A stretch of 64,000 nt of DNA. Origin: an uncultured Candidatus Saccharibacteria bacterium. Lineage in GTDB: Bacteria; Patescibacteriota; Saccharimonadia; Saccharimonadales; 2-12-FULL-41-12. Position 1 is the stretch's first letter. Every line of letters begins with the position of its first letter. The stretch is from NCBI GenBank assembly GCA_964521095.1, contig CAZFPJ010000001.1, positions 132,149 through 196,148 of the forward strand, in the 5' to 3' direction. The notes beneath the pieces were generated by a model that was not told the DNA's origin, ran no database searches, and saw only the letters and a list, made by a program, of their open reading frames with translations. Positions 18,491 to 31,902 of the stretch are shown here, piece by piece. Position numbers and translations under genes: made by a program.

Positions 18491-19813
18491 ATGGCGAACA
18501 AACAAACACTGTACTCAGATATTCACCTCAATGACTCTTCGATAGCCCAAGCGCTTAACTATATAGAAGACCGCTGGGACAGCTTGGAGCGCTACAATCC
18601 AGATGACAAGGGGACTTTAGTAGGACTGCCTTATCCATATATAGTGCCTAGCGCGCATAGTGGCTCTGGCTTTTCGTTTGACGAGATGTACTATTGGGAT
18701 AGCTTTTTTATTGCTCAAGCCTTGTTGATGACAAACAAAGAAGACCTGGCTAGTGGCATGTTAGAAAATCTGCTGTATATGGCTAAGCGGTTCGACATTA
18801 TCCCTAATGGCAATCGCTATTACTTTACCGGCCGATCCCAGCCTCCACTACTAACTACCTATGTCTTGGATGTTTTTAAAACCACCGAAGACCTTATATG
18901 GCTACAAGACAGCATGGCTGTGGCCGAATATGAATACACTACGGTATGGATGGGTAGTCAGCAACCAAACTGGCGCAATGTATTTCATGGATTAAGTAGA
19001 TACTACGACATCAACCTAGTAAACTCACTTGCAGAGGCCGAGAGCGGGTGGGACATGACTACTCGCTTTAACGATAAATGCCTAGAATACATACCGATAG
19101 ACCTAAATTCCTTATTGTATAAATACGAGATCGACTTTGCAGAGGCGTCCGAATTGCAAGGAGACCAAGCAACTGCAGATGCATGGAAAGACAGAGCCAG
19201 CGAGCGAGCCGAAACAATCAACCAGTACTTATGGGACGACAAAAATAAATTCTTTTTTGACTATAACTACGAAAAAAATCACTTTTCTAGCGTATGGTCG
19301 TTGGCTTCTTTTTATCCACTTTGGGCAGGACTCGCTAGCGACGAACAAGCAAAACATCTGGTTAAACATCTGGAAAAATTTATGGACAAAGGTGGCCTGT
19401 TGACCACTCTACCCACCAAGAACAAAGGGGGCGACCACAAGCATCAATGGGCGCACCCCAATGGATGGGCGCCCCTACACTGGATTGTAGTAAAGGGGTT
19501 AGAGCGATATGGATACAATGATCTTGCAAAGAACATTGGTCAAAAATGGCTAGAAACCAACACCGACTATTACGAGAGGCATGGGGTATTTCGCGAAGCC
19601 TATAATGTAGCAAACCCCGCCAGCGCCCCAGAGGCAGGACTATATCCACCACAAATTGGATTTGGCTGGACCAACGCAGTCTATATTAATTTTGCTATCG
19701 ACTATACGGATATAGGTAAAGAGTGGCAAAGCAATAACAACGGCAAGCCCTCAACTATTAGGCGCATTCTGCGCAAACTCAAAAGAATTCTGCACAAAAA
19801 ACTGACACCGTAA
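18491..19813 (+). CDS. alpha,alpha-trehalase (GH37)
   Basis: FDEMYYWDS, PNGNRYY..RSQPP, AESGWD, QWAHPNGWAP, GFGWTN. Confidence 0.92.
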   Translation: MANKQTLYSDIHLNDSSIAQALNYIEDRWDSLERYNPDDKGTLVGLPYPYIVPSAHSGSGFSFDEMYYWDSFFIAQALLMTNKEDLASGMLENLLYMAKRFDIIPNGNRYYFTGRSQPPLLTTYVLDVFKTTEDLIWLQDSMAVAEYEYTTVWMGSQQPNWRNVFHGLSRYYDINLVNSLAEAESGWDMTTRFNDKCLEYIPIDLNSLLYKYEIDFAEASELQGDQATADAWKDRASERAETINQYLWDDKNKFFFDYNYEKNHFSSVWSLASFYPLWAGLASDEQAKHLVKHLEKFMDKGGLLTTLPTKNKGGDHKHQWAHPNGWAPLHWIVVKGLERYGYNDLAKNIGQKWLETNTDYYERHGVFREAYNVANPASAPEAGLYPPQIGFGWTNAVYINFAIDYTDIGKEWQSNNNGKPSTIRRILRKLKRILHKKLTP

Positions 19814-19814
19814 A

Positions 19815-20381
19815 TTATTTTTTGGCAGTAGCTTTTTTAGGCTTTTCTGCAGGTGCAGACTTTTTATCTTTTATAGGAGTGTAGTAGCTCTTTATTTGAG
19901 CCAAGATGTAAAGACCGATTAGTGTTCCTAGGAGCGAACCAACGATATTGCCGAAGTCGCCATAATCCGAGATAAACACGAACACACCATAAAACAAGTT
20001 TAGTACAGTGCTAAGTAGTAATATGTTCCAACCAGTCTTTTTGTTTCGAGCTTTTAGCCCAGGGAAAGCATATAGCGCTAGTGCCCCCTGAACAACAATC
20101 ACAGCTAGGGCAATATAAAAGAAAAGACCGATGTTATGCGTGCTGTGCACTGGCTCGGCTCCATAAGCCTTGAGCCAATCATTCGCATTATCTACAAAAC
20201 GGTTGACCGTATGAGCTGACTTCCACAAAGCTAACCCAGCGAACAGAGATATAGCACCAACCACCACCGATATCCAGGGTAGCCACTCTACGATAGCTTT
20301 GCGACCATTGTCTGGTATCTGAAAAGGCGCTTTCTTTACTAGATACTCTTCCATAGCATCTTCGACTTTTTTCTGATTCAT
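19815..20381 (-). CDS. hypothetical membrane protein
   Basis: 4 TM segments, Lys-rich tail. Confidence 0.7.
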   Translation of the reverse strand: MNQKKVEDAMEEYLVKKAPFQIPDNGRKAIVEWLPWISVVVGAISLFAGLALWKSAHTVNRFVDNANDWLKAYGAEPVHSTHNIGLFFYIALAVIVVQGALALYAFPGLKARNKKTGWNILLLSTVLNLFYGVFVFISDYGDFGNIVGSLLGTLIGLYILAQIKSYYTPIKDKKSAPAEKPKKATAKK

Positions 20382-20494
20382 AACTGATAACCTCCGTTAA
20401 TAACTAATCGTAATATACTGCTATATCTAGTGTATTGCAACTATAAAATATATGGTTGTGGAAAAGCATACGGTGTAGAATATAAGGTAAGCGC

Positions 20495-23400
20495 ATGGAT
20501 GACTACCAAAAACAATACGACAAGTTAAACCCCGAGCAACAGAATGCCGTGTCTTGCATCGAGGGGCCGGTGCTAGTTGTAGCCGGGCCAGGAACGGGTA
20601 AAACACAGCTAATCGGTATGCGTGTTGCTAACATCCTAAAGACAACCGACACAAATCCCAGCAACATATTGTGCCTGACTTTTACTAACAAAGCTTCTAA
20701 AAACATGAAAGACCGCTTACTCAAGCTGGCGGGGCCGACAGCTCGTAAAGTATCCGTCAAAACTTTTCATAGTTTTTCTGCCGAGATTATGAATCAGTAT
20801 CCAGAGCATTTTTGGAACGGCGCGACTCTGACTACAGCCCCCGACACCGTACAGCTAGAGATTATCCAAGATATCTTGGCCAAGCTACCGCCAGACAACC
20901 CTTTAGCTTTAAAATTTGCTGGCAAATACACCTCCATAAATCCTGTTTTAAAGGCGATCCAGCTAACCAAAGACGCCGGACTAACGCCTGGGAAGCTAAG
21001 GGCGCTGATTAATGCTAACCTGGCATATATCGATGTGGTTGAACCACAAATGACAGACATACTATCTCAAACCCTTGGCTACAAAAAGTTGCCAGACATA
21101 CAAATAGCAATTAGCAATCTACCAGACCAACCCATAGACAAACTCATCAGTCCGCTCAAATCCCTTAAAACAGTTATCACAGATAGCCTTGCCGTAGCCA
21201 TCGAACTAGACGAAGGAACAAACAAAACTACCAATACCGGCAAATGGAAGAGTAAGTGGATAAAATCTATTAACGGACAAAGAGGGATGCATGACGAACG
21301 CAAACGCAACAACTGGTGGCTAGAGCTCGCTACTGTATACGAACAATACCGCAACAACCTACATGAAAGAGGATACTATGATTACTCGGATATGCTTATC
21401 GAGGTTATCTACCAGATGGAGCACAACCCGGAACTCTTGGCTGATATTCAGGAGCGGTACAACTATGTCATGATAGACGAATTCCAGGACAGCAATTATG
21501 CGCAACTCCGCCTAGCTCACCTGGTAGCAGACCACGAAAGTGCCAATGGCAGACCAAACATCATGGTGGTAGGAGATGATGACCAATCTATATACGGATT
21601 TAATGGGGCCGAGCTTAATAATATGCTGTTTCTTGAGGAAACATACGAAGATGTTACCGAAATTGTGCTAACCAAAAATTATCGATCTAACCAAGCGGTC
21701 ATAGATGCTTCGGAAAAGATTATCCAGCAAGCTAGCGATCGGCTGACAACTCGTCGTCCGCACCTCGATAAAAAACTACAGTCGGCCAAAGAAAAACGCC
21801 AGGGAGATATTGCTCATTATATATACCCGACCCGAGAGCACCAGCTCAATGAGGTAGTGAAGCAGATCAAAGCCTATCGGAAAAAAGATAGTTCTTGCTC
21901 TATTGCGGTGTTAGCTAGAGGCAACGAAAGTTTGCGGAATCTGTCGGCTATACTACTGCAAAACGACTTACCGGTTAGCTACGAGCAACAAAATAACATC
22001 CTAGACTTTGAAGTCATTAAGCAGGTAATTACACTAGCAAATCTTGTAGCGGCTATTCAGGACAATAGCAAGGAGCAAGTAAACGCCCTATTGGCAACAA
22101 CCCTCCGACACCCTATGTGGCAAATAAACCCTAGTAGTCTTTGGCAACTAGCTGTACAGACAAAAGACAAAGACTGGCTACAAACCATGAGCAACAGCTC
22201 CGACAAAACACTTGAGGACATTGCCAGTCATTTATTTTGGCTGGCCTCTCAGGCAGACCACCAACCCATAACACTTGTTATCGAGTACATCATTGGCCTG
22301 CGCCCGGGCGAAAACTATACCAGCCCAATCAGGGAATACTTTGCTAGCAAAAAATATATCGACAATGAGTATCTTTCTGCTTTGTCCGCTCTTCAGCTTT
22401 TGCGCCAATTAGTGCGCGACTTTTCACAAGGGAGCAATCCAACCTTACGAGATTTTATAAATTTTATAGATATAAATACGGCAAATAACAAAATTATATC
22501 CGATCAATCGCCCTTTGTTAGTGCGAGCGATGCAATCGAGCTATATTCGGTCCACAAGGCTAAAGGTTTAGAGTTTGACATAGTTTTTGTTATAGACGCC
22601 ATAGAAGACAACTGGAAGCCAAAGGCCTCCCGCCAGCTCCCGCCAGCTAATTTGCCCCTGCAACCACCTATGGAAACCGACGATGACTATGCACGACTAT
22701 TGTTTGTAGCTACAACTCGCGCCAAGCACACTGTCATAGCTACCAGCTATGATCTCGACCATGCCAGCAAAGAAGTGTCTCCCGCTAGCCTACTTCGAGG
22801 CATGACCGAGCCCACTGTCTCTAATGTCGACTACACTACAGAGCAGACAGTTGAGCTATTAGAGCAATTCTTGCGCTGGCCACGACTGTCTCATACCGAA
22901 GAAAAGGAATTTTTGAAAGGCAAGTTAGAACATTTTTCGATTAATGTTACTAACCTGTTAAACTTTTTGGATGTCAGCAGGGGAGGGCCGAGCTATTTCT
23001 TTGAGCGAAATATTTTGCGCTTACCAGAAGCCAAAACAGGTCCACTGTCGTTGGGTACGGCTGTTCATGAGACACTAGAGTTTGCTCAAAAGTTGGTTAA
23101 CAAAGATACTTTTAACCTTAGTCAAGTTATCGACGAATTTTACACCATTTTGTCAAAAGAATACCTGCCCGAACTCGAACAAAAGCGCCTCAGAGAACAG
23201 GGCATATTGTTGTTGAATAGCTTTTTCGATATGTATTCGCTCCCCAAAGGCAGTAAACCGGAACAAAGACTAAAAGCCGTTCGACTGGACAAAGCTGTCA
23301 TAGACGGCAAATTAGACCGCGTTGACGAATTGTCAGAAAAGCTAGTTATCGTTGACTACAAAACAGGTAAACCTTTGTCTAGCTTTGACACAACCAACAA

Positions 23401-23710
23401 AGCCCAGGTTATTAAGGCCTGGAGACAAAAAACACAGCTTATTTTTTATGCTTTGCTAGCCCAAAACCACCCTCTATTTGGACAAAGCAAACAAATCGAA
23501 GGCCAAATGATTTTTGTTCAGGCCGAATCTGCCAAAAATCTTATCCGCGAATACACCCCAACTCAACAAGAGATCGATAAGCTGCAAAATATCATCGAAG
23601 TCGTTTGGGATAAAGTCAAGCAACTAGACCTGCCCGACACTTCTGACTATTCGCCAGACATCGAAGGAATTCAAAAATTCGAAACAGATCTACTGCTGGG
23701 AAAAATATAA
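20495..23710 (+). CDS. UvrD/Rep-family helicase fused to C-terminal PD-(D/E)xK nuclease (AddA/AdnAB-like)
   Basis: AGPGTGKT, DEFQD, VGDDDQSIY, HKAKGLEF, TRA; GKLDRVD...VDYKTG. Confidence 0.9.
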   Translation: MDDYQKQYDKLNPEQQNAVSCIEGPVLVVAGPGTGKTQLIGMRVANILKTTDTNPSNILCLTFTNKASKNMKDRLLKLAGPTARKVSVKTFHSFSAEIMNQYPEHFWNGATLTTAPDTVQLEIIQDILAKLPPDNPLALKFAGKYTSINPVLKAIQLTKDAGLTPGKLRALINANLAYIDVVEPQMTDILSQTLGYKKLPDIQIAISNLPDQPIDKLISPLKSLKTVITDSLAVAIELDEGTNKTTNTGKWKSKWIKSINGQRGMHDERKRNNWWLELATVYEQYRNNLHERGYYDYSDMLIEVIYQMEHNPELLADIQERYNYVMIDEFQDSNYAQLRLAHLVADHESANGRPNIMVVGDDDQSIYGFNGAELNNMLFLEETYEDVTEIVLTKNYRSNQAVIDASEKIIQQASDRLTTRRPHLDKKLQSAKEKRQGDIAHYIYPTREHQLNEVVKQIKAYRKKDSSCSIAVLARGNESLRNLSAILLQNDLPVSYEQQNNILDFEVIKQVITLANLVAAIQDNSKEQVNALLATTLRHPMWQINPSSLWQLAVQTKDKDWLQTMSNSSDKTLEDIASHLFWLASQADHQPITLVIEYIIGLRPGENYTSPIREYFASKKYIDNEYLSALSALQLLRQLVRDFSQGSNPTLRDFINFIDINTANNKIISDQSPFVSASDAIELYSVHKAKGLEFDIVFVIDAIEDNWKPKASRQLPPANLPLQPPMETDDDYARLLFVATTRAKHTVIATSYDLDHASKEVSPASLLRGMTEPTVSNVDYTTEQTVELLEQFLRWPRLSHTEEKEFLKGKLEHFSINVTNLLNFLDVSRGGPSYFFERNILRLPEAKTGPLSLGTAVHETLEFAQKLVNKDTFNLSQVIDEFYTILSKEYLPELEQKRLREQGILLLNSFFDMYSLPKGSKPEQRLKAVRLDKAVIDGKLDRVDELSEKLVIVDYKTGKPLSSFDTTNKAQVIKAWRQKTQLIFYALLAQNHPLFGQSKQIEGQMIFVQAESAKNLIREYTPTQQEIDKLQNIIEVVWDKVKQLDLPDTSDYSPDIEGIQKFETDLLLGKI

Positions 23711-24745
23711 AGATACAAAAGGTTGACCGCGGTGTGCAACAAAAGTAGGCAGGTCACCTTTGGTCAAAGTAGCACTAACGCTAAAAGTATAAACAAGCAT
23801 AGAAACTAGAGCCTGTTTTTTGTCGTGATCGTACTCGAATAGTTCGTCAGAAATTCTCTTTAGTCTTGCTACATCAATAGGGAATATCTGCGCCTTGCCA
23901 TCAGTAGCGTTTCTTACTGCGCCCTGGTCGGCTGTCATGTCGTCAATATCTGTGCTAACCACAATTGCCACCTCATTATGAGAATCGGCAAGCTCTGCTA
24001 CTTTTTTGTTCCGCTTCAAAAGCTTGGATAAAATCGAACCACCCTGATAGGCTTCTTCGCCTACAACTTTAGACTCTGATTCGTGCATAACAGCGAAATT
24101 GTCAAAAGACTCATTCAAAAGTTCGCCAAGTTCTGTCCTGTCAAAGGCTGGATCGATTACAGTATCGACAGCTTTAGTAATCTCCTCGCGGTATCTGCCG
24201 ATGTTTTCGATGATAGCCGGCGCTTCATCAATCGCTCCACAGCCAGATTTGCCGTCAGAACAATTAGTAACTGTATGTGCGCCAAAATCAAGGCCTGCTT
24301 CTTCTAGCCTAAACATACCGTATTCAAAAGCATCTGTCAGATTATCTTCTTTGGGGTTAATTGCGCCATTACCGATCAGTCCAGCGGTAGCCATGGCAGA
24401 ACCACCACCAAATATTTTTGCCCGTTGTTTCTTGGTGTCTGCACTGTATCTGTCTGCACCCTTAATAATAGAGGCCGTATCGCGACCGTCAGAACAACCA
24501 TCGTCGTCAGACTCTATAGCTGTCATACCTTCTTCTGAACGAATTATTCCCTCGGCAGTAGCCATATCATGCCTACTTAGGTCACCCGACACAATACGCT
24601 CCTGGACAGATATACTACCGTGTCCAAAGCCTAGCCCTTCTGGTGCAATGCACTCTACCAAAATCGGCCCTTTTTCTAATTCGTTAGTTAATGGCATGCG
24701 CTCTGCTCCTGTCATTTGTATTGTTGGTTCCTTTTCGTAATTCAT
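23690..24745 (-). CDS. putative zeta/CdCA-like carbonic anhydrase
   Basis: GCSDGR, GAH, CGA metal-ligand pattern, later HNE. Confidence 0.55.
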   Translation of the reverse strand: MNYEKEPTIQMTGAERMPLTNELEKGPILVECIAPEGLGFGHGSISVQERIVSGDLSRHDMATAEGIIRSEEGMTAIESDDDGCSDGRDTASIIKGADRYSADTKKQRAKIFGGGSAMATAGLIGNGAINPKEDNLTDAFEYGMFRLEEAGLDFGAHTVTNCSDGKSGCGAIDEAPAIIENIGRYREEITKAVDTVIDPAFDRTELGELLNESFDNFAVMHESESKVVGEEAYQGGSILSKLLKRNKKVAELADSHNEVAIVVSTDIDDMTADQGAVRNATDGKAQIFPIDVARLKRISDELFEYDHDKKQALVSMLVYTFSVSATLTKGDLPTFVAHRGQPFVSLYFSQQ

Positions 24746-24836
24746 ATTTTTATAGCAAAGACCTCATTTTAGCACTCCGTCAAAATAGTGACAATACTAC
24801 TACATATAGTGCTATTTCTTGGCAGACACGCTACAT

Positions 24837-27080
<2,244 letters not shown>

Positions 27081-27084
<4 letters not shown>

Positions 27085-27950
27085 GCAGTTACCGCCTCTG
27101 CACCACCTGCTATTTCGGCTATCTCCTGTGTAATGGCAGCCTGACGGGCGGTGTTAAATTCTAGAGTTAAATCATCAATAATATCTGACGCATTATCGGT
27201 TGCATTTTTCATAGCAAGCATTCGCATAGAGTGTTCGCTGGCTAGACTTTCAAGCAACGCCTGCCAAAGTTGTGCCTCAATCAGCCTCAGGGTCGCATCT
27301 TCTACTATTGCGTCGATTGATGGTTCAAAAAATGCTGTCTCTAGAGGAGAAAGCGTAGCCTCTTCGGGTAGTGGGGCTGGCAAGATCTGTATAGTCTTAA
27401 CCTCTTGTCTGATGTTAGACAAAAATTCGGTATATATTACCTCTACTGCATCAACTTTTTCTTGCTCGAACAACTCTAGGGCAGTAGTTAAAATAGGACG
27501 AATGTCGGCAGAGGTCGGCTCTTTGCTAAACATTGGGTAAGCCCCAACGATCCCGATGCCTTTGAGGCGCGCAATAAATCGGCCTGCTTGTCGGCCAAGA
27601 GCTATAACCTGACTGTTAACTTTTTGCTGTTCGTTGTTTCGTAAAGTCTCCGACAACACCTTTAAAACATTGCCGTCGTAAGCCCCAGCCAAACCGCGAT
27701 CACTGGTAATTACAATACTCAAGCGGTTTTTAACTGGTCGCCTAGAAAACATCGGGTGCAAACGAACATCCGAAATATTACTCATGCGTCCAAAAATACT
27801 ATGGGCAGACTCTCGATAATCACGAGATGCTAGAGCGCTCGCCTGAGCTTTACGCATCTTACTGGCAGCAACCAATTGCATTGCTTTCGTTAGTTGCTTA
27901 GTGTTCTTAACGCTACCAATTCTTCGCTTTAAAGAGGTTATGGAGCTCAT
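27081..27950 (-). CDS. atpG: ATP synthase F1 gamma
   Basis: TKAMQLVAASK, SDRGLAG, RQAAITQEI. Confidence 0.97.
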
Positions 27951-27954
27951 TTAT

Positions 27955-29490
27955 CTATTTTTGCTCCTTGTAATCTTTGCTAACCGCTTCGGCTACCGAC
28001 ATAATTAACTTCTTCATTTTTTCGTCTGGCTTGTCGCCCTTGTCTAGTAAGTCCATTTCCTTTTTGTGCTTGCGTCGCAATTCGTCAAGGAATGATTTTT
28101 TACAAACCTGAATATTGCTAACAGAGACTTTGTCAAAAGCCCCCTCGGTAGCACCCATCAACATAGCCGTCTGTTCCCAGACAGAGTAGGGAGTATATTG
28201 CGGTTGCTTGAGTAATTCGGTGAGTCTCTGACCCCTGTCGATACTGTGCTTTGTGTCGGCGTCTAGGTCGCTACCAAACTGAGCAAAGGCAGCCAGCTCT
28301 CGGAACTGCGCCAAATTTAGTCGCAAAGATCCAGCAACACTCTTTACAGCCTTGGTCTGAGCCGAACCGCCGACTCGCGACACACTAGTTCCTACTGAAA
28401 TAGCTGGGCGAATACCCTGATAAAACAAGTCTGTCTCTAGAAAAATCTGACCGTCAGTTATAGAGATAACATTAGTCGGAATATATGCACTAATATCGCC
28501 AGCTTGAGTCTCGATAATTGGCAGGGCAGTTAAACTACCGCCACCTTTTGCTTCAGACAATTTAGCCGATCGTTCCAAAAGTCGTGAGTGCAAATAAAAC
28601 ACATCACCAGGGAAGGCTTCTCGTCCAGGTGGGCGGCGAAGCAAAAGGCTCATCTGTCTATAGGCGGCGGCGTGTTTAGATAGGTCATCGTAAATAATCA
28701 AAGCATGCTTTTTGTTGTCGCGGAAATATTCGCCCATAGCGGTACCGGCATAAGGTGCTAGGTACTGCAAACTAGCTGGGTCGGCGGCAGAAGTGGACAC
28801 CACGATCGTTTGATCCATCACACCTTCGCGTTGCAATCTCTCTACCAACCGAGCAACCTTACTGGCTTTTTGGCCAATCGCAACATAAATGTTTACAACA
28901 CCGGTCTTTTGCTTGTGCTGGTTAATCATCGTGTCGATAGCCACGGCAGTTTTACCGGTCTGGCGATCACCAATAATTAATTCTCGCTGACCTCGGCCAA
29001 TCGGCACCATAGCATCGATCGCAGTTAGTCCAGTCATTAGTGGCTCGTGCACGCTTTTTCGGTCTAGTACGCCGGGTGCATTTTGCTCGATTAGACCAAA
29101 TTCTTTAGCTTTTATTGGACCTTTTCCGTCCAATGGTTGCCCAAGCGGATCTACTACACGGCCTACGAGCTCTGGACCTACTGGAACCTCAAGAGGCTTA
29201 CCGGTCAGTCGCACTTTTGCTCCTGCGCTTACCTGCTGATCACTGCCAAGCAACACCGCACCTATTTCATTCTCTGACAAGTTAAGCGCAAAAGCAGACA
29301 CTTTACTGCCGTCAAGCCCTTCAATCTCTAGAACCTCGTTTGATCCACAACCTCTTAAGCCATAAATCCAAGCAATGCCATCGGCTGCCCGAGTAACGAT
29401 GCCTACACTCTCGATCTCTGGCCTAGTTTTTAGCTGTTCAATGGCTTTTTTAATGTCGGCCGATAATTCTTTTACTGATAAATCGCTCAT
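27955..29490 (-). CDS. atpA: ATP synthase F1 alpha
   Basis: [18 protein letters not shown]. Confidence 0.98.
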   Translation of the reverse strand: MSDLSVKELSADIKKAIEQLKTRPEIESVGIVTRAADGIAWIYGLRGCGSNEVLEIEGLDGSKVSAFALNLSENEIGAVLLGSDQQVSAGAKVRLTGKPLEVPVGPELVGRVVDPLGQPLDGKGPIKAKEFGLIEQNAPGVLDRKSVHEPLMTGLTAIDAMVPIGRGQRELIIGDRQTGKTAVAIDTMINQHKQKTGVVNIYVAIGQKASKVARLVERLQREGVMDQTIVVSTSAADPASLQYLAPYAGTAMGEYFRDNKKHALIIYDDLSKHAAAYRQMSLLLRRPPGREAFPGDVFYLHSRLLERSAKLSEAKGGGSLTALPIIETQAGDISAYIPTNVISITDGQIFLETDLFYQGIRPAISVGTSVSRVGGSAQTKAVKSVAGSLRLNLAQFRELAAFAQFGSDLDADTKHSIDRGQRLTELLKQPQYTPYSVWEQTAMLMGATEGAFDKVSVSNIQVCKKSFLDELRRKHKKEMDLLDKGDKPDEKMKKLIMSVAEAVSKDYKEQK

Positions 29491-29505
29491 TATTTCCTTT
29501 CTTAT

Positions 29506-29901
29506 TTAGCTGGTTAGAGCTTTTAACTTATTAAGTTTGGCTTTTACTGTCATATCTAGTGTCTGGTGAGGGAACTCTAAACGAACCCCGCCAATTACCT
29601 TGGGGTCTATATTTTCGTTAATGACAATATTACGGACAGTCTGGTGGGTTTCTTTAACTACTTTTTTGATATCCGCCTTTTCTGAAGCCGTGACAGGATG
29701 CGCTGTTGTAGCAGTTAGTTCAACAACACCTTGGTCCTCAAACAAAACAGTCAAAACATCCCTCTCTATAGAGCTTAGGTCGCTAACCGTGCCAGACTCC
29801 ACCAAAAAAGCTGCAACTTGCTTAGCTATAGTTGCAGACGGAACTCTGCCAATATTCTGAGCGATATAGTTAACAACTTCGGCTCTAGAATAAGTACTCA
29901 T
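29506..29901 (-). CDS. atpH: ATP synthase delta (short)
   Basis: IDPKVIGG C-terminal motif; operon position. Confidence 0.85.
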   Translation of the reverse strand: MSTYSRAEVVNYIAQNIGRVPSATIAKQVAAFLVESGTVSDLSSIERDVLTVLFEDQGVVELTATTAHPVTASEKADIKKVVKETHQTVRNIVINENIDPKVIGGVRLEFPHQTLDMTVKAKLNKLKALTS

Positions 29902-29904
29902 TGT

Positions 29905-30444
29905 CTATATCTGCTCCTTTAGTACTCGGTCAATTAAAACTGCATCTTTTTTAGCATCTAGCTTTTCGCTAGCAACTGCCTCTGTAGCACGAATAATCAA
30001 ATCAACTGCCTCTTTTTCTACAGCTCGCTTGGCTCGCTCGGTTTCTTGTTCAATCTTTTGCTTGGCGTCTTCCATTAGTAGGCCAATCTTGTTCTGAGCA
30101 GATTCTTCCGCCTCTTTAATGATGATGCCGGCCTGAGACTGCGCATTAGCCAACACTTCGTCGGCATGCTTACGAGCTTGGCTCTTAATCTTGTCGACTT
30201 CTTTGTCTAGCTTTTCTTTCTCTTGACGCATTTCGGTAGTCAAGCGAACGCCGTCTTCAATGGTCGATCGTCTAGTATCGAGTATTTTCACAATCGGTAC
30301 AAACACGAATCTGCGCAACACTAGGAAGACAAATATCCAAGTCACCAGCTGGATAACAAAAGCTTTGGGATTGATACCAAGCGCCGCTATACCAGAGGCT
30401 TCTGTCTCTGTCGATCCAAACATTACTAATATATTTTGTGTCAT
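29905..30444 (-). CDS. atpF: ATP synthase Fo b
   Basis: N-terminal TM plus coiled coil. Confidence 0.92.
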   Translation of the reverse strand: MTQNILVMFGSTETEASGIAALGINPKAFVIQLVTWIFVFLVLRRFVFVPIVKILDTRRSTIEDGVRLTTEMRQEKEKLDKEVDKIKSQARKHADEVLANAQSQAGIIIKEAEESAQNKIGLLMEDAKQKIEQETERAKRAVEKEAVDLIIRATEAVASEKLDAKKDAVLIDRVLKEQI

Positions 30445-30464
30445 ATCGTTAATATAAGTTTTCC

Positions 30465-30698
30465 TTATTTAAGAATAAATATAGAGGCGAACGCGATCAG
30501 ACCAAAAAGCTCAGCCAACGAGACAAAGATAAGTACCTGTCCCAAAAATTTAGCACTTTCTGGGTTCCTGCTTACACCGTTCATGAACGCTGCTCCAATA
30601 AGACCAATGGCAATAGCTGGCCCCATCACACCAAATCCTAGCGCGATACCTTTTGCGAGTACCGCATTGTTAGCTACTTCTGCTGCAAATAATTCCAT
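30465..30698 (-). CDS. atpE: ATP synthase Fo c
   Basis: RNPE loop and conserved Glu (LAELFG). Confidence 0.95.
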   Translation of the reverse strand: MELFAAEVANNAVLAKGIALGFGVMGPAIAIGLIGAAFMNGVSRNPESAKFLGQVLIFVSLAELFGLIAFASIFILK

Positions 30699-30763
30699 GT
30701 TTTTCTCCTTCTTTAATTAAATAATGACATGCTTTGCACTGACAAACAACAGATTAAAAACAC

Positions 30764-31552
30764 CTATAGGCGTGCTTCCTCATTTGCTGTGTCATGATTA
30801 TGTGCCGTGGCAACAGCCAGGTACGAAATACAAAGCACAACAAAAATATAAGCCTGCAATAGGCCGACAAATAACTCAAGTAAAGTAAAGGGCAGGGCAG
30901 CCAATGGCGCAAGCCCACCGCCCAAGTAAGCAAAGACTGCTATCAAAATTTCACCAATCACTACATTCAAAAATAGTCGCAGAGCTAAACTTATAATACG
31001 AGTTAATTCCGAGAATATCTCCATGGCGCCAAGTGCTAGTGTCATTGGGTTTTTAAAGCTCCCTTGAAAATAATGACCCAAGTGCTTCAGCAAACCCGAC
31101 TCACGAATAGCGAGCGTCTGTACGATGACAATCATCACCACTGCCATAGCTAGCGTACCGTTAAAGTCTGCTGTAAATGGACGCAATAACGGGGTGCCAT
31201 CGTGATGAATCGCAGGACCAATACCGGGCAAAAGTCCAAGCCAGTTGTTTATGACAATAAAAAAGAAGGTGGTTACAAAAAATGGTGCATATTGCACAGC
31301 TTTTTTACGCGAGCCTAGACTATCAGCCATAGTGTTCACAATAAAATCTGCGCCAGCATCAATTAATGAAGCGACTCCTTTTGTACCCCCAATGCGAACT
31401 TTGCTCTTTGCCCAAACCAAAAACGCTATCACCAAAACAGCGCATATCCAACCGTATAACATCGAGTTGGTTATGGCATATCCGTTTATTTCAAACAGTT
31501 TTTCTGGAGCTATGGCAATATGAGGGCCATCAGATGTTGCGAAAAATTTCAT
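30764..31552 (-). CDS. atpB: ATP synthase Fo a
   Basis: NWLGLLPG, SLALRLFLN, LQAYIF. Confidence 0.95.
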   Translation of the reverse strand: MKFFATSDGPHIAIAPEKLFEINGYAITNSMLYGWICAVLVIAFLVWAKSKVRIGGTKGVASLIDAGADFIVNTMADSLGSRKKAVQYAPFFVTTFFFIVINNWLGLLPGIGPAIHHDGTPLLRPFTADFNGTLAMAVVMIVIVQTLAIRESGLLKHLGHYFQGSFKNPMTLALGAMEIFSELTRIISLALRLFLNVVIGEILIAVFAYLGGGLAPLAALPFTLLELFVGLLQAYIFVVLCISYLAVATAHNHDTANEEARL

Positions 31553-31824
31553 GCTTTCTCATCGCCTCCCGTTGGCAATTTTTTTATAATATCCCGAACA
31601 ACCACAATAGAACCAAAAACACCTAACGCCATTCCTAGAAGCGTCAAAATAGGCTCACTATTGATTTGCTTATCTACAAAAACTCCTATCAATGTAGGCA
31701 CGAGAAATACCACAGCCAATCGCCAGCTCATATCAAACATGGTTATCACGAACAATTGCCTAGCAGTGTCAGCGGCCCGGTCAGGTTCTTTTTCAGTCGT
31801 CGAAGTGTCGGCGGCTTTAGTCAT
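31549..31824 (-). CDS. AtpZ/AtpI-family protein
   Basis: 2 TM, GVFVD motif, first gene of the atp operon. Confidence 0.75.
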   Translation of the reverse strand: MTKAADTSTTEKEPDRAADTARQLFVITMFDMSWRLAVVFLVPTLIGVFVDKQINSEPILTLLGMALGVFGSIVVVRDIIKKLPTGGDEKA

Positions 31825-31902
31825 TACTTGCGTTATTCTAACAGATACTACAGCTCAAATACAACACCTTGTCATCATAAAATGCTATTCTGCATATCAT
31901 AT

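Noticed and set aside
30465-30698. Na+-specific ATP synthase
   Set aside because: Subunit c lacks the Q...ES/T Na+ signature.
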